Program-made: the position numbers and the translations under genes
In this document: positions 1-12,836 of the stretch, piece by piece
How positions within the stretch are numbered: the stretch's first letter is position 1
How the letters are laid out: each line of letters opens with the position of its first letter
Source of the DNA: Lophium mytilinum
Lineage: Eukaryota
Direction: 5' to 3'
Length of the DNA stretch: 64,000 nt
Assembly (NCBI GenBank): GCA_010093605.1
Contig: MU004185.1
Coordinates: 1,013,334 to 1,077,333, forward strand
Notes under the pieces: generated by a model
The model's database searches: none
Seen by the model: the letters and a program-made list of their open reading frames with translations, nothing else
Told to the model about the DNA's origin: nothing

Positions 1-996
1 CCGCAAGAAATACCAAACAAGTACCTCCGGCGTCTTCAATCTATTTATCAAAGGCTCGGAGACGCAAAAGCTAGTCCGGGCAACCATGGAGAAGCATATG
101 AAAGACCAGCTCCAAGATCCCGATCTGGAAAGCAAGCTGATACCAAACTGGAGCGTTGGCTGCCGAAGGCTGACGCCCGGGATCAAGTACCTCGAATCCG
201 TCAAGAAAGAAAAAGTCAATCTGGTTATAAGTTCCGTGACTGAGTTTACGCCAACCGGATGCAAATGTGAAAATGGAAACGAATACGCTTTCGACGTACT
301 CGTCTGTGCGACGGGATTCGATGTGTCGTTCCGCCCCCGATTTCCGCTCCTAGGGCGGGATGGGAAGAACCTGCAGGATATCTGGAAGGACGACTCGAAG
401 GGCTACATGGGTGTCGGGGCTCCGGATATGCCGAACTACTTTGTTATGCTCGGGCCAAATTGTCCCATCGGCAATGGGCCTATAATGGCAGCTATCGGTA
501 AGCACCTTTGCTACCTGAGAAGTGAGCATTGAAACTAATCTACATTGCAGAAGCACAAGCCGACTACATTCTCAAATGGTGCGATCGTTGGCAGACAGAG
601 AACATCCGGTCATTTACGCCCAAGTGGGAGGCCGTCGAAGACTTCGTCTCACATTCAGATCGCTACATGCAGTCGACCGTTTGGACTGAGAACTGCAGCT
701 CCTGGTATAAGGGCAACAGTGTCACTGGGCGTGTGTCGGCTCTGTGGCCGGGCAGCACGTTGCACTATCTTGAGACCTTGGCCCAGCCTCGTGCGGATGA
801 CTACGACGTCGTCTACAAGGGCAATCGGTTCAACTGGCTTGGGAATGGGTTCAGTCAGACAGAAACGGATTTGACTAGCGATTGGGCTTATTACATCCGT
901 GAAAGCGATGATTCGGAGTATCTGAGCAAGAAGAAGCAAAGGCAGATCTTGACGAAGAGTGGAAGCAAGAGTGGTTCGGAGTTCAAGGTGATTTAG
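1..996 (+). CDS. FAD-dependent Baeyer-Villiger-type monooxygenase (StcW-like), 5'-truncated by the window
   Basis: ORFs 86-532 and 529-996 are joined by a GTAAGC...CAG intron (~498-550). Motifs GCRRLTPG, DVLVCATGF, PNYF..GPN and C-terminal C.SWY..WPGS are typical of fungal BVMOs. Confidence 0.85.
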
Positions 997-1676
997 ATTC
1001 CTGGTTAATAAGATTGAGCGCCCAGTGGCGTCATTGCAAGACCAGAAGAGTGTGTTAATTTCGAAGAAACATCTATCCAGACTTCACATGCGAGTCACGT
1101 GCAAAGACATGTGCTTGACCTACAGCAGTAATCTTCGTCAAGATAGCAGGTACTACCGAACCGGGTCTCTACGCAATTTAGCCTCCCCGACGACCTGGAA
1201 TCAAACGACTAGCCCTACGATCGTCCCAAGATCTCGTTAGCCTCGCTGTAGCTCGGGGGTTGGACAGAAATCCCGCAGACAAACGTGCACTTGCGCATGA
1301 ACCGACGGCTACTCCACCGCTTCCTCGCAAATCAGGCCGAATTCAGCTTTGCATGAACCTGATGCAACTGATTTGTTCAGCATCTTTGAGTCGCATTGCA
1401 AACATGATACTTGCTGGTTCTAGCATCTTTCACATGTATACGAGATTATTTCTACGAATATAAATGCGTTCTACGGTGCAGTGAAGGTCAGAGTCATCGA
1501 ATAGCAGCACAGCGAAAGACGGCGAGTAAAGCGTACTTTCGCAAAGGACAAAATCCAGTATATGTTTCACATCTACGCCATAGAGCTCTACATCTGCGAT
1601 AATCTGGCCGGACTGGAGTGTCATCAGCTCCAAATCTACTTCAGACCCCCTGGAGTAGCTTCGGTCGCAGTGGTGA

Positions 1677-3594
1677 TCAAGTAGAATGGGCGACGTCGTA
1701 CTCAATGTGAGTTAGGTCTTCCTTCTCTCCAGCTCCCATTTTTTCCGTGCCTCCTTCTGCAGGTCGCTCGTCCACATCATCTCCCACAACCTCGTCACCG
1801 AAGACCGTGCTTAACTGTTCTAGCGTGTAGCCCTTCGTCTACCAAAGCTGTTAGATCTCTGATCAAGATGGGACGTTTTTCAGAACTCACCTCAGGAAAC
1901 AAGAAGAACACGGCCAAGATCATCATAAGATCCGTAGCGATAAAGACAATGTAGAATCGCCATCCAATGTTCTTGAACGCAGGAGCCGCAACTGCAGTCC
2001 AAAGAATGGAGCTCAAGAACAGTCCCTGCATTCCGAAGGCGACTCCCTGCGCACGAAGCTGGGTGGGGAAGATTTCGGAGGTGAATACGAAGGAAGCAGC
2101 CTCAATACCCATGGTGTAGCTGTCACTGGGCGTCAGCTTAAGCTTAGAGTTTGTCGGGTACCTCACTTACACGACGATGATCCCGAAGATGAAGAATACT
2201 GCTGCTCTACTCCCTGCAGATTCAGTGCCGGCGTAGAGTTTGGTAAGTACTGTTGCACCAATCAAGCAAACAAGCACACCGATGTAGCCACCCACTGCAA
2301 TGCTAGAATTAGCAACTAACGTCTTGGTCTGCATTCGAAGACATGGAACCAACTTACTCAGCTGGCGTCTTCGCCCTACCCTATCGGCGATGATCGCTCC
2401 GCCCAAGTTTCCAAAGCCATTGAAACTCGACCAGATAGCCGCCATGATGTTGGTCATGAAGGGAGAGAATCCGAGGCCTGCGTATATTGTTGGAGAATAT
2501 GCTACCAATGATTAGCTTCAAACCCCAAGCCGCTGATGCGCGATTCAACGCGTAGGGGATGTACTCAAGAGCACAAGCAATCCGCTGCACTGCGTTCCCA
2601 TCATCGCGAGGAAGCCCAGCATGAACCTCTTCCGGATTGACGGCACTTTCAACGCCTGCCAGGTAGTCATCATGCCCTTCTCCATGTCAAGGTCTGTCTG
2701 GGCCTTGATGATGGAGAATTCGTGGCGCGCAAAGGTATCGGATGGGTCGTTCTTGTCCTTGTGAAGTTTGATTAGAGTCGTCAATGCGCGCTCTTCGTGT
2801 CCGTTGGCGTAGACTGGTAGATCAAAGTCAGTTTACGAGCTACTGATACTTGCTTGCGATGCTTTACTTACGCCACCTAGGACTTTCAGGCATAATGAGC
2901 GTCAAGCCGAACAAGATGGCCGGCCACAAACATTGTATAGCCAGAGGACCACGCCACGCCACCTGTCCACCGGAGTAGAAGAACGCGCAGCCCATGAATT
3001 GCGCAAACATGTTTCCAAAACCGAGTGCAGCGCCTGAAGAGATCCCGTCAGACCGATACAACCTTAGACACAAAGATAACGCGGACTCACCATGTAAACC
3101 TACCAACAGACCTCTCGAGTGCGGCGGTGCTACCTCAGCCTGGTAAAGGGGGATAGCGGGCAGCAGCATCCCAATGCCCACGCCGACAATGACACGAGAC
3201 ACTGCGCACATAGCTATGTTCACGCAGCCTGCCTGAAGCGCACTACCAATGAAGCTAAAGACGCAGCCGACGACCATAGGAGTCTTTCTGCCAAATCGAT
3301 TCGATATAAAGGAGTATGAGATACCTCCTATTACAGCCCCGACGTAGAGCATGCAGTTCCACACGGAAATCATCGAGTTTGCGAAGTCGGCACCGGGGCC
3401 AACCACGTCCAGGCCCATGTAGGTGAAGAACTGGGCCTTTCCGAGAACCGTTGCGAAGATGGAGATGGCATTGCCGTACAAGAAGCTGCCGACACAGGCG
3501 GCGAGAACGATCTGGTACCGTTAGTAAGGAGTCTTTCTAGGGTTGAGTCTTGAAGTGAGCGAACCAAGAGATTGTAGCGTGATTTCTTCTCCAT
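1677..3594 (-). CDS. MFS sugar-porter family transporter (multi-exon)
   Basis: Exons contain RFGRK, YQAEVAPP..RG, PESPRW, DRVGRR, SEIFPT..R and PE/TKG sugar-porter motifs. The last exon reads TKGYTLEQL...HST* ending at 1677. Confidence 0.9.
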
Positions 3595-4060
3595 AGTGAC
3601 GAAGTGTCTAGATGCAGTACGAAATTATGAGAAGGCCTGTAAAGAGATGCAGAGACACTTTAATATCCGAGGAGATACTTCAGTTCTGACCGAAGATATA
3701 TGCATCAGGCACCCCAACGCGAGTCTCGATCCCCACGGGGACCCCATGGGGATGGTGGCGTCGAATGACTCGAATGACTCGTATAGAGAGCGAGAGCAGA
3801 GTGTACCTAGATCCAAAATGTAGACTAGAATAGTCAGCCACCTCAGTAGCTCTCATTCGGTGAACGCCGGCCTCTCACTGGCACCTGCCGAGCCTGTCCC
3901 CCGCATCTCCACCCCAGGACTTTCTGACCAGGTTGTCGGCTAAGTTTAGCGGTTAGCGGAGACTAAGAACTGAAATAGCCACTCGATGCTTTGATAGCAA
4001 TAATCGTATGGTAAACGCCAGAAACTCCTTCGTAAACATCCCTAACTTCATTTTTCCACC

Positions 4061-5385
4061 ATGCCTATGAAAGAGTATCAGGATACGGGTCCCCTCAAGA
4101 TAGGCCCTGATCTGGACTTAAGCAGCCTTCCAGGAAAGTCTGTAATTGTGACTGGAGGTGAGACTTTACGTCAGCTGCAAACCACCAATTCCAATCGTAG
4201 TAACCAGTTTACTAGGGGCCAGCGGACTCGGTAGAGCTTATGCGGAAGCATTTGCGAAGGCAGGGTATGTTGCTTTGGGCCTTGATTTGCTCCTCTCGAT
4301 AACTGACTGTGGCTTTGCTAGTTCATTCGTAACTATCGCCGACTTCAATGATACTGCTGGCAAGGAAGTGGTCCAGAACCTTGCCGGGTAAGTCCGAAAA
4401 CGTGTCCTAGAATCCTGTCGCTCATTCAATTAGCCTGAGGCTAATGGTTTACTCTTTACAGTAAAGCTCAGTTTGTCAAGTGTGATGTTCGCAACTGGGA
4501 CGATCAGGTGCGCGTCTTTGAGGCGGCAGTGCAAGCTTCACCTCACAAGAGCTGCGACATCGTCATTGCAAATGCAGGTATTGTTGGAAAGGATGACCTC
4601 TATACACTGCAAGGTATCAAAACGATCCGTCTCGAATTACCTTACTCGTTTAGTAACGATGTGATCAGATCCCCAGGGTCCGCCGGTCAAACCAGATCTT
4701 CGTATCGTCGAAATCAATTTGATCGGAGCGATCTATACTGCAAAGCTAGCTATGCATTATATGCGCAGACAGCCATTGGAAGACTCTCGTGACCGTTGCT
4801 TGATCATCAAAGCAAGCATCGCTGCGTACATTGATAATGCTGGCTCTCCACAGTACAACATTTCCAAGTTCGGGGCCAGGGCTCTGATGAGGAATTTGCG
4901 CCGGACAATCTGGGAGGAGAATATTCGAGTAAATCTTGTTGCACCCTGGTAAGCTTCTCCACACTTAGTCTCGTACGTTAAAGAGCGGGATGCGAACCCA
5001 AACTAACCACTCTAGGTATGTGCGCACACCAATCCTAGGCCAGAAAGTCCAAGACTACCTTGATGGCCAAGGCGTTGGCTTCGCCTTGACTGAAGATGCT
5101 GCGACGTGCATGCTGAGGATCGCATCAGATACTTCAGTGAACGGTCAGTGTACCTGATCATTCTCGATAGTACGAGCTGACTTCTACAGGACGGGCTCTG
5201 GGTATCGTTCCGCGGGTCACAGCTTCGGAGGGATACATGGATCTTGACAAAGATGACTATAAGGAGGGAGACATCGTCAAGACCTGGCAAGAAATTGCGC
5301 TCGCGACTACGCGATTTCTCGTGGTATGTGGCTAAATGAAGATAGACCGTTGCTATTGAAGCTGACCAAACAATTGCAGGAGTGA
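4061..5385 (+). CDS. Short-chain dehydrogenase/reductase (SDR), multi-exon
   Basis: ATG at 4061. The TGG/ASGLG Rossmann motif is split by an intron. Also VIANAG, the catalytic YNISK motif and IRVNLVAPW. Confidence 0.85.
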
Positions 5386-5677
5386 TTCCGTAGTTGGATG
5401 TCTACCTTGAGGTACTGATGAGAAGAGATGCATGGTAGTTAGATTATCCTTAGTAGCACCTCCAGTAGAATATAAATGCATGAGATCCAAGCCCACTGTT
5501 CCGTAACAAGGCCCTTGCTTGGCAGTCGAAAGAATCTGGAGTTGAAAATTTATACCGTCTCATATTTATTGTCTAAAAAAACATGCGGAGACGACTCGTC
5601 GGCTAGGTCGGAGCAGATTGGAAGCATTCAATAGCTCCTTCTATTGCTTGAAATCCCAAAACTGGTCTCTATTTGCC

Positions 5678-7681
5678 TTATTCGACCCATGAGATTGGAT
5701 TGTCCAGGAACTTCACCGGTATATCCACAGTCTTACTGCGAATGTACTCGGCAACACCTTTGCCCAGCATATCGATCCTTGTGCTACTGGCGCCTCCGCC
5801 TCCAAGGAAATCTAAAAGACGGTAGTGTACCGCCATGATCTGTGGGAATTCGCAACGCTCAACGGAGACAGACTCTTTCCAATCCTCTCCAAGTAACTCT
5901 TTAATGCGGGGAATGGTCAAGAAGCTTTGCAACCAGCTGTACTCTTCGGCATTACGAGCGAATAATCCAACATTGCAGTTATCTCCTTTATCACCAGACC
6001 GGCCGTGAGCAACCGCTCCCAACGGGGCTGCTTTAGTAGGGCCAAAATCTTCCAAAGGTATGGGTTTGGCGGTCTCATTGCTAGGCCTTTTACCGAGCGC
6101 CGGCTGAGTGATTCCGTGGTGTTCAATACTGATGGTTTTATCGGGGAACACCACTCGGTGAGGAAGCTTGGTATAAGCGACGAGGCCAGGGAATAGCTGC
6201 ATGAACATCTTAGGGACCATGGTGCGGAAGTCAAGCGACATGTGATATCCTATACGACCAAGTTTAGTCAAGGGCAGATCAGTGAGGGGTTATGCTCCGT
6301 GCTTACCGGCGTAAAATTGCATCCGTAAAGCATAAAGGTGCTGTCGGAAGACTTTTTCGTCAATGTCCTCTCTTTTCTTGCCTTTGACGAGCACCCGAAT
6401 AGACACTGTGCCTGATGCCTGATTGCGGGGATTCACTGCGGCAGTACCGTATCTCTCGATGCTCAGTTCGGAGAAGTTGGCATCCCGAAAAGCATATTCC
6501 AGCTGCTGACGCATGAATTTCTCTTTCAAGTCGATATCAAGTCCGTTGATGTAGAATGTCGCCTCCGCCTGGTAACCTCCGATTGCAACTGTGATAACTT
6601 TGGTGGTTGGCGGTGGAGGACTTCCCGTGGCGCCAGAAACGCGGACGCGATCCTTCTCGCCTGTATCTTCAATCCGCACGTTTTCAATATCTGCCGTGAC
6701 ATCGGAGTTGATGTATTTAGTGCCTTGGATCTCGTAAAGAAACTGGGCGCGCACGTTGAGCTCTTCAACGTACCCGGCAGCACCTGGATGTTTGGTGATG
6801 ATAGTCGTTCCATCGTGTGCAATCTCTGCGATGGGAAATCCGAGATCAACGAGGCCGTCAATATGAGTCCGTAAACCCGAGAAGTTCGCGCCAGTAACAT
6901 ATGGTCCACATTCAACAAGATCTGAGTGCATGTGTTAATGAATGCCCGAAAGAATTTTATGTTTCAACTCACGGCCGGCGATGAGAGCTCCTGCCAATGC
7001 ATCCCAAGCATCGTAGCTCCAGTTATGCCACCAAGCTGCCAGAGCAATGACGGGGCTAGCATCCGTAACGCGGCCACATACGACTATATCGGCACCATTT
7101 CGCAACGCTTCCACGATGCCCCAGGCCCCAAAGTAAGCTACGCCACAGTACGGCTTCTCGTCCCACGAGTCCAACTTCTGCTCTTGGTGGTCCAAGTGGA
7201 CAATGCCTCCGATCTCCTGCATTTTCTTTGCGTTTGTCACGTATTCAGAGATGTCGTCTCCCTCAATATACGCAACTTTGAGATGGCCGTGACCGTGCTT
7301 CTCGCAGATCTCTCGAACTTTCTTCGCGCATTCCGGGGTGTTGAGAGCACCCGCATTGCTCACAAGCTTTATCTTCTTCTCCGCAATGATGTCGATGCAA
7401 TCGTCCAGTTGTTCTAGAAAGCCTACTTCGTACCCTTTGGTTGGATCATCGTGCTTCCTGATGGCGTTCCACGCGATGTTCAATTCGGACAGCCAGTCGC
7501 CGGTGATTGCGTCCAAGTAACCCTCAGTCACCATACGATGCCTAAGTCCATGTAAGTCACGGATTACGGAAAGTTGAAACTGCATAGATGCTCACATCGC
7601 ATACGGGCAGTCTTCCATTGCCCCGGCGACATTGCCAATGATGATGGGCCGCTTAGGCTCCGAGATTGTTGCTGCAGGCAT
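5678..7681 (-). CDS. DUF1446 / AtuA (acyclic terpene utilisation A) family protein
   Basis: N-terminal PIIIGNVAGAMED, then DAITGDWLSE, GADIVVCGRVTDAS, ECGPYVTGANF, GFPIAE, QFLYEIQG, and C-terminal AHGRSGDKG..CNVG and RIDMLGKG. These are motifs characteristic of the family. Confidence 0.88.
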
Positions 7682-8296
7682 GGTGAGAACTAAGAGTGAA
7701 GAGGGCAATCAGACAAAAGTGTACCGTAAGTTTGACTGTCAAGTGCATCGAGAATATAAACCCGGCGTGCTACCCACTGTGCCAAGGGTTCAGACAGCCG
7801 AGGAGACCTAGCAGTAATGTGCTATATCCGTTGCATACCAATAAGCTCCATAGACCATGGGTACCGTTTTGCAGGTCTCGGACGGAACTTTGCCGCGGTC
7901 AGTGACGGAGGGAGGGGGCTTTGACGCGAAGTCATGCGCTTGGACGGCAAAGGCCGAGAGGATGCGTCTAGCCTTTACGGGAGCGGGACGAATTCGGCAC
8001 GCAACTTGTAGATCGACAGTATTGTACAGGGTATCAAGTCAGGAAATAGTAGAGCGGTTAACAATACATTGCTGGCAGCTGAATGTAGTATTGGTGCTTC
8101 AAGTTAAACGTCACGTGACGTCACTTGAGCCGAAACTTGGTTTAAAAAGTAGCAAAGCTGATTCACTCATAGACAGACTTGAAGTCTCATCTAAAAACCC
8201 TTTTGGGACTGCCCAAGCCCCTGTGATGGACGTTCAACGATCGAATAAGTATTTCGTACATGCATGCATGGCAAAAGCCACCTCCTCCTCCCTCAC

Positions 8297-10198
8297 CTAC
8301 GCGTTCATACTGTCTACAGTTAGCAACATGAAGCCCCCTCAGCAGAGCAAACTTACTTTATTAGAACCGTCTTTGGTTCCGTGAAAGCTCTCAAGGCCTG
8401 TGCAAAGAGCTGATTAGCATAGGCCTGCCGCAGGAATCAGGTCACCTTACGTATTCACCAAATTCTCTGCCTATCCCCGACGACTTCTTCCCTCCAAATG
8501 GGACTTGGAGGTTCATCTAATCAACATCAGCAAGAGGAACATTCGCCGTCGACCGCAGTAGACTCACGACGCTTATACAGTTGATCCCGACCACGCCCGA
8601 CTCCACTTTCGCGGAAACCCGCAGCGCACGGGTGATGTCCCTTGTAAAGACACCTCCCATTAGCCCAAATTCCGTGTCGTTTGCAAGCGCTAGGACTTCT
8701 TCCTCTGTCTTGAACGTCATGACCACGGACACGGGTCCAAAGACTTCTTCGAGTAGGATCTGGGCGTCAGGTTTTGGGTTCACGAAAACCGTCGGCTCCA
8801 TGAAACAACCGCTGTCGCCTTGTTGATTGCCACCCGCAAGCAGCTCGGCCTCAGTTTTGCCGCGTTCCACCATGGCTTTTACCCTTTCAAAAGAAGCTGC
8901 ATCAGCAAGAGGCCCAAGAGTGGTCTGAGGATCTTGTGGGTTTCCAAGTTGCTTTGCCGCTGCTTGCATCCTCTCCTTGTAGGCTTGAATGAACTCGCCA
9001 GCTATGCTTTCTTGCACGTAGACACGCGAAGCTGCGACACAGACTTGACCTGATCGCGCTAGAATGCCGTTGATAGTCCTACATGTTTAGGTACAGTCAG
9101 TAATGTTACCATCACAGGTTTCCGCGAGACTGACCAAGTTAGAGCGTTTTCGATATTAGCGTCTTCGAAAATAATGGCAGGACTCTTCCCCCCTATTCGT
9201 AATCAGATCAGCTAGGCGCAGTTCACATTTGCGATTGAGACTTACCGAGCTCAAGAGTGACGCGTTTCAGGTTACTTTGTGCAGCCATGATCTGGATTTT
9301 CTTTCCTGTGGACACACTGCCTGTGAAACTAATCTATACACGGTGAAGTCAGCAATATGGACGTCTTAAAAATGCAAGAGGACGCTTCTGACCTTTCTGA
9401 CTCTCATATGCTTGGACAGCAGTGCTCCAGTCGCTCCACCCCCGCTGAGTACCTGGACGACACCTTTGGGAAAGCCCGCTAGCTCGAACAAGGGAGCAAC
9501 CGCGAGGGAGCCCAATGGTGACTTTTCGGAGGGTTTGACTATGAGGACGTTGTTAGTTGCCAGGCATGGTGCCGCCTTGATAAATAAAGATGCAACTGGC
9601 GAGTTGTAAGGGTTGATGGCAACGCAAACGCTGTTGGACCGCTGTTAGCAAACTAGCGGCTGCAGAAATAGGTAGTGGAGCAAGAGCATACCCAAGAGGC
9701 TCATGCCTTACGAGTTTCACGAAGCCATCGTCGGCCGGGAAGTAGTCACCCCTCTGCTTGTCCGTCCATCCCGCTGAACTCAAATGTCAGGAAAGATACA
9801 AATATGCGGGTAGGGTCTTGAGCCAAACCGTAATACAGAAGGCAGTTTTTGATATAGTTTTTCTCGCGCGTTGGTATGATAGAGACGGGGTTTCCAGTCG
9901 TCAACGAGTCTAACGTCAGTATTGGTTCAAGATAGTCTTCCAACAAGCTGGCTAGCTTCAGCAAACATTCTGCTCTCTTTGCTCCTGAAAATCCACTCCA
10001 TGGACCATTGAACGCAGCTTCGGCAGCAGTAACAGCTCTATCCACGTCTTCCTCTCCAGCGATAGGCACGTGACTTGTTACGACGGTGTTGTCCTTGGGA
10101 TTGCGGAGCTCAAGCTTCTCCCCAGAGCGGGACTCGACGTACTCTCCGTCGATAAACAGTTTGGTGTACTCGGTAGCTGATTGAACAGTATACATCAT
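8297..10198 (-). CDS. NAD(P)-dependent aldehyde dehydrogenase (multi-exon)
   Basis: Motifs LFIDGEYV, HEPLG, FTGS, TLELGGKSP, GQVC (catalytic Cys), EEVFGPV, PFGG.K.SG and terminal FTEPKTV. Confidence 0.93.
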
Positions 10199-10874
10199 GA
10201 GGTGATGTGTTGGCTATGCGACAGAACGCGTCGACGACAGACTATCAAAACGTTTTCAGCCACCATCGATGACGACCACAGGGATCAAACTGGAGACCTC
10301 GGTGCAAGGCGTCCCGATCACCTTGGAGCTCCCCGCCATGGCAACGCGTTAAGATGTGGAGATACCCAGACGGCAGGATGGCCGAGGATTGAGGGGCAGA
10401 CGCTAGGCGGTTGCCGACGACCCTGTCCAGCACTTCTGCATACTCCACTCTTCTCCACCCTACCCCGCGAGACGCGTCCCGGGAAGAAATCCGATGCACA
10501 GAAATGCGTGTGAATCGCGTGGAGATACCAGCCATGTGCTGCAGGGGTAAGCCGCCATCATGACGAAAGCCATCATGTGGCAATCCGATCCACTTGTTTG
10601 GCGCTAGTAGTGGAGCGAACACGGCCCAAGTTCCCGCTGGTTCTTCACTTTCTTCATCACGGGACGATGCCTGCATCATGGAGACGGAGGGGCATCCAGG
10701 GGTACCCGACTGCGCGGATTTCGACTCCCTCGCAACTTATCAGAACGCGCCACCACGTCTTCGCCCATCTCAGAACCGACACTGTTGATCTGCGGGTACC
10801 CAATTGGAATTTCTAGAGCTTCAATCGATTCTCAGCATACATTGACCATTTTCTGACCCTCGAGCTTCGCCAAC

Positions 10875-12212
10875 ATGACTATGAAGGCAGTGGTGTTCCA
10901 CGGCGCTTTTGACGTGAAGGTCGAAGATCGGCCCAAACCCACCATCAAGGATGATACAGACGCATTGGTGAAGGTGGAGTTGGCAGGACTGTGCGGCAGG
11001 TATGTTTCTTGATCAGTCTTCTGCTATGAGGACCAATGTTGACCATTCTCGATCATAGTGAACTGCATATGTTCAGAGGCCATCAAAAAACGAAGACCGG
11101 ACATATCATGGTATGTGAAGCTGCATTGAGGCATAGGTGGCACTATCTTATCCAATATGCGTACAGGGCCATGAGTTTGTTGGCGTAGTTGATTCCGTGG
11201 GCCCAAAGGTGACCAAATACAAGCCTGGGGACCGAGTTGTGTCTGTATTTGCGACAGTATGGTGAGCTTCTACCACCAAGTACCCAGGATCGAATTCTAA
11301 GAAGACGCCATAGTCAAACCTGCTGGTTCTGTCAACGAGGACTCGGAAATCGCTGCGCCAACTCTCTCGCGTTCGGTACCCAGCAACTCGATGGCGGCCA
11401 GGCGGAATACGTTCGAGTCCCATTTGCAGAAGGCACATTACAACACGTTCCACCAAACCTTGATGAACGTCTTCTGGTTATGATGTGCGACATATTCCCG
11501 ACAGGATATTACGGCGCAATGAGAGCGATCGAATTTATCGGTAAACCTCTGCTACCCCAGGCAGTCCAGAACGGGTCAGGCCACGAGAAGCGAGCCGCGA
11601 CTTTTGAGCCCCAAGCGCTGAAAGACACGGTATTCGTAGTTCTAGGATGCGGACCTGTGGGCATATGCGCAGTTCTTACAGCCTTGTCGAAAGGTGTCGG
11701 CACTGTATACGTAGTAGATGCTGTGGACGAGCGACTAGCAGAAGCGGAAGCTGTGGGTGGAAAACCTCTCAAGCTTGGCCGCGACGATATTCAAGAAATT
11801 GTAATGAAAGCTACAGACGGCCGTGGCGCCGACGCAGTAGTTGAGGTGGTAGGCAATAAACCGGCTCTGAAGTCTGCTATCGATCTAGTCCGAGTATGCG
11901 GCATCATTTCATCGATAGGATTCCACCAGAGCGAGCTTCCTTTTACAGCATTCGAAGCCTACCAGAAAAACGTGACGTAAGTTCTCAAGATCATTTGCTT
12001 TTGAGTTTGTACCAATGGCTATCCTATTCCACAGGCTCAATTTCGGGCGGGCACCAATCAGTACGCTGTTCCCAGAGGCGCTTGAGTGCCTGAGGGAAAA
12101 CAAGGAGAAGGTGGCAGCTTTCATTTCCCACGAGATTCCGTTGGCGCAGGCACCGCATGGATACGACATTTTTGAGAAATATCAGGCTCGCAAGGTTGTT
12201 TTCAAAGTATGA
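10875..12212 (+). CDS. Zn-dependent alcohol dehydrogenase (MDR family)
   Basis: Motifs [19 protein letters not shown], structural-Zn [23 protein letters not shown] and GCGPVG. Ends RKVVFKV*. Confidence 0.92.
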
Positions 12213-12836
12213 ATTCAGCAGCCCTACAATTCAGGTAATTAAGGCGCCAGGATTGGAGTGCCTGCTTCATCCAAGTGTCACACTCCCTAGCCACTCAGAT
12301 GCTTAATCATCGCATCAAGATATGTGCTGCGTAAAGGTGGATCTACAAGAGCTACAGGGATGCCAGTAACTATGAACTTAGTCGTCTAGTGACTTCCGAG
12401 GCTTCGCAATTACGATAGCGATCTATAGAAGTTCTATCTCGATATAGACCGATCAAAATACGCAACCTGTCGTGATATTTGACTGAAACATGATTTTCAT
12501 GGAGTTTCGTTCAGTGAAGGTGGATTTAAGGCCTCGCAGTAACAAACAGTTTCCTGACAGAGACTAGCTTGACCATTGCGCGGTGGAAGGTGATCTTTGA
12601 AGAATGGTCGAGACTTTGGCAGACTTGGCAGTCTAGGGGGCGCTATTGAGGAGCGGGGGATGGTCAGAAATTGCGGGGATCAGGCAATCTGCCGACTACA
12701 TAGTCCAACCTTAGTCCAACGACGACGTGAAAGACCCTCGGACCTCCACACACCACTTCCATGCATGTTCCATCTCTATTCGGCCTACCACCCCGACACG
12801 TCACCCAACTATTGAAGACTCATTGGGCTCTGAAAC

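Noticed and set aside
7857..8384. 175-aa plus-strand ORF between DUF1446 and ALDH
   Set aside because: It overlaps the ALDH terminal exons and the DUF1446 promoter in antisense and has no protein-like features.
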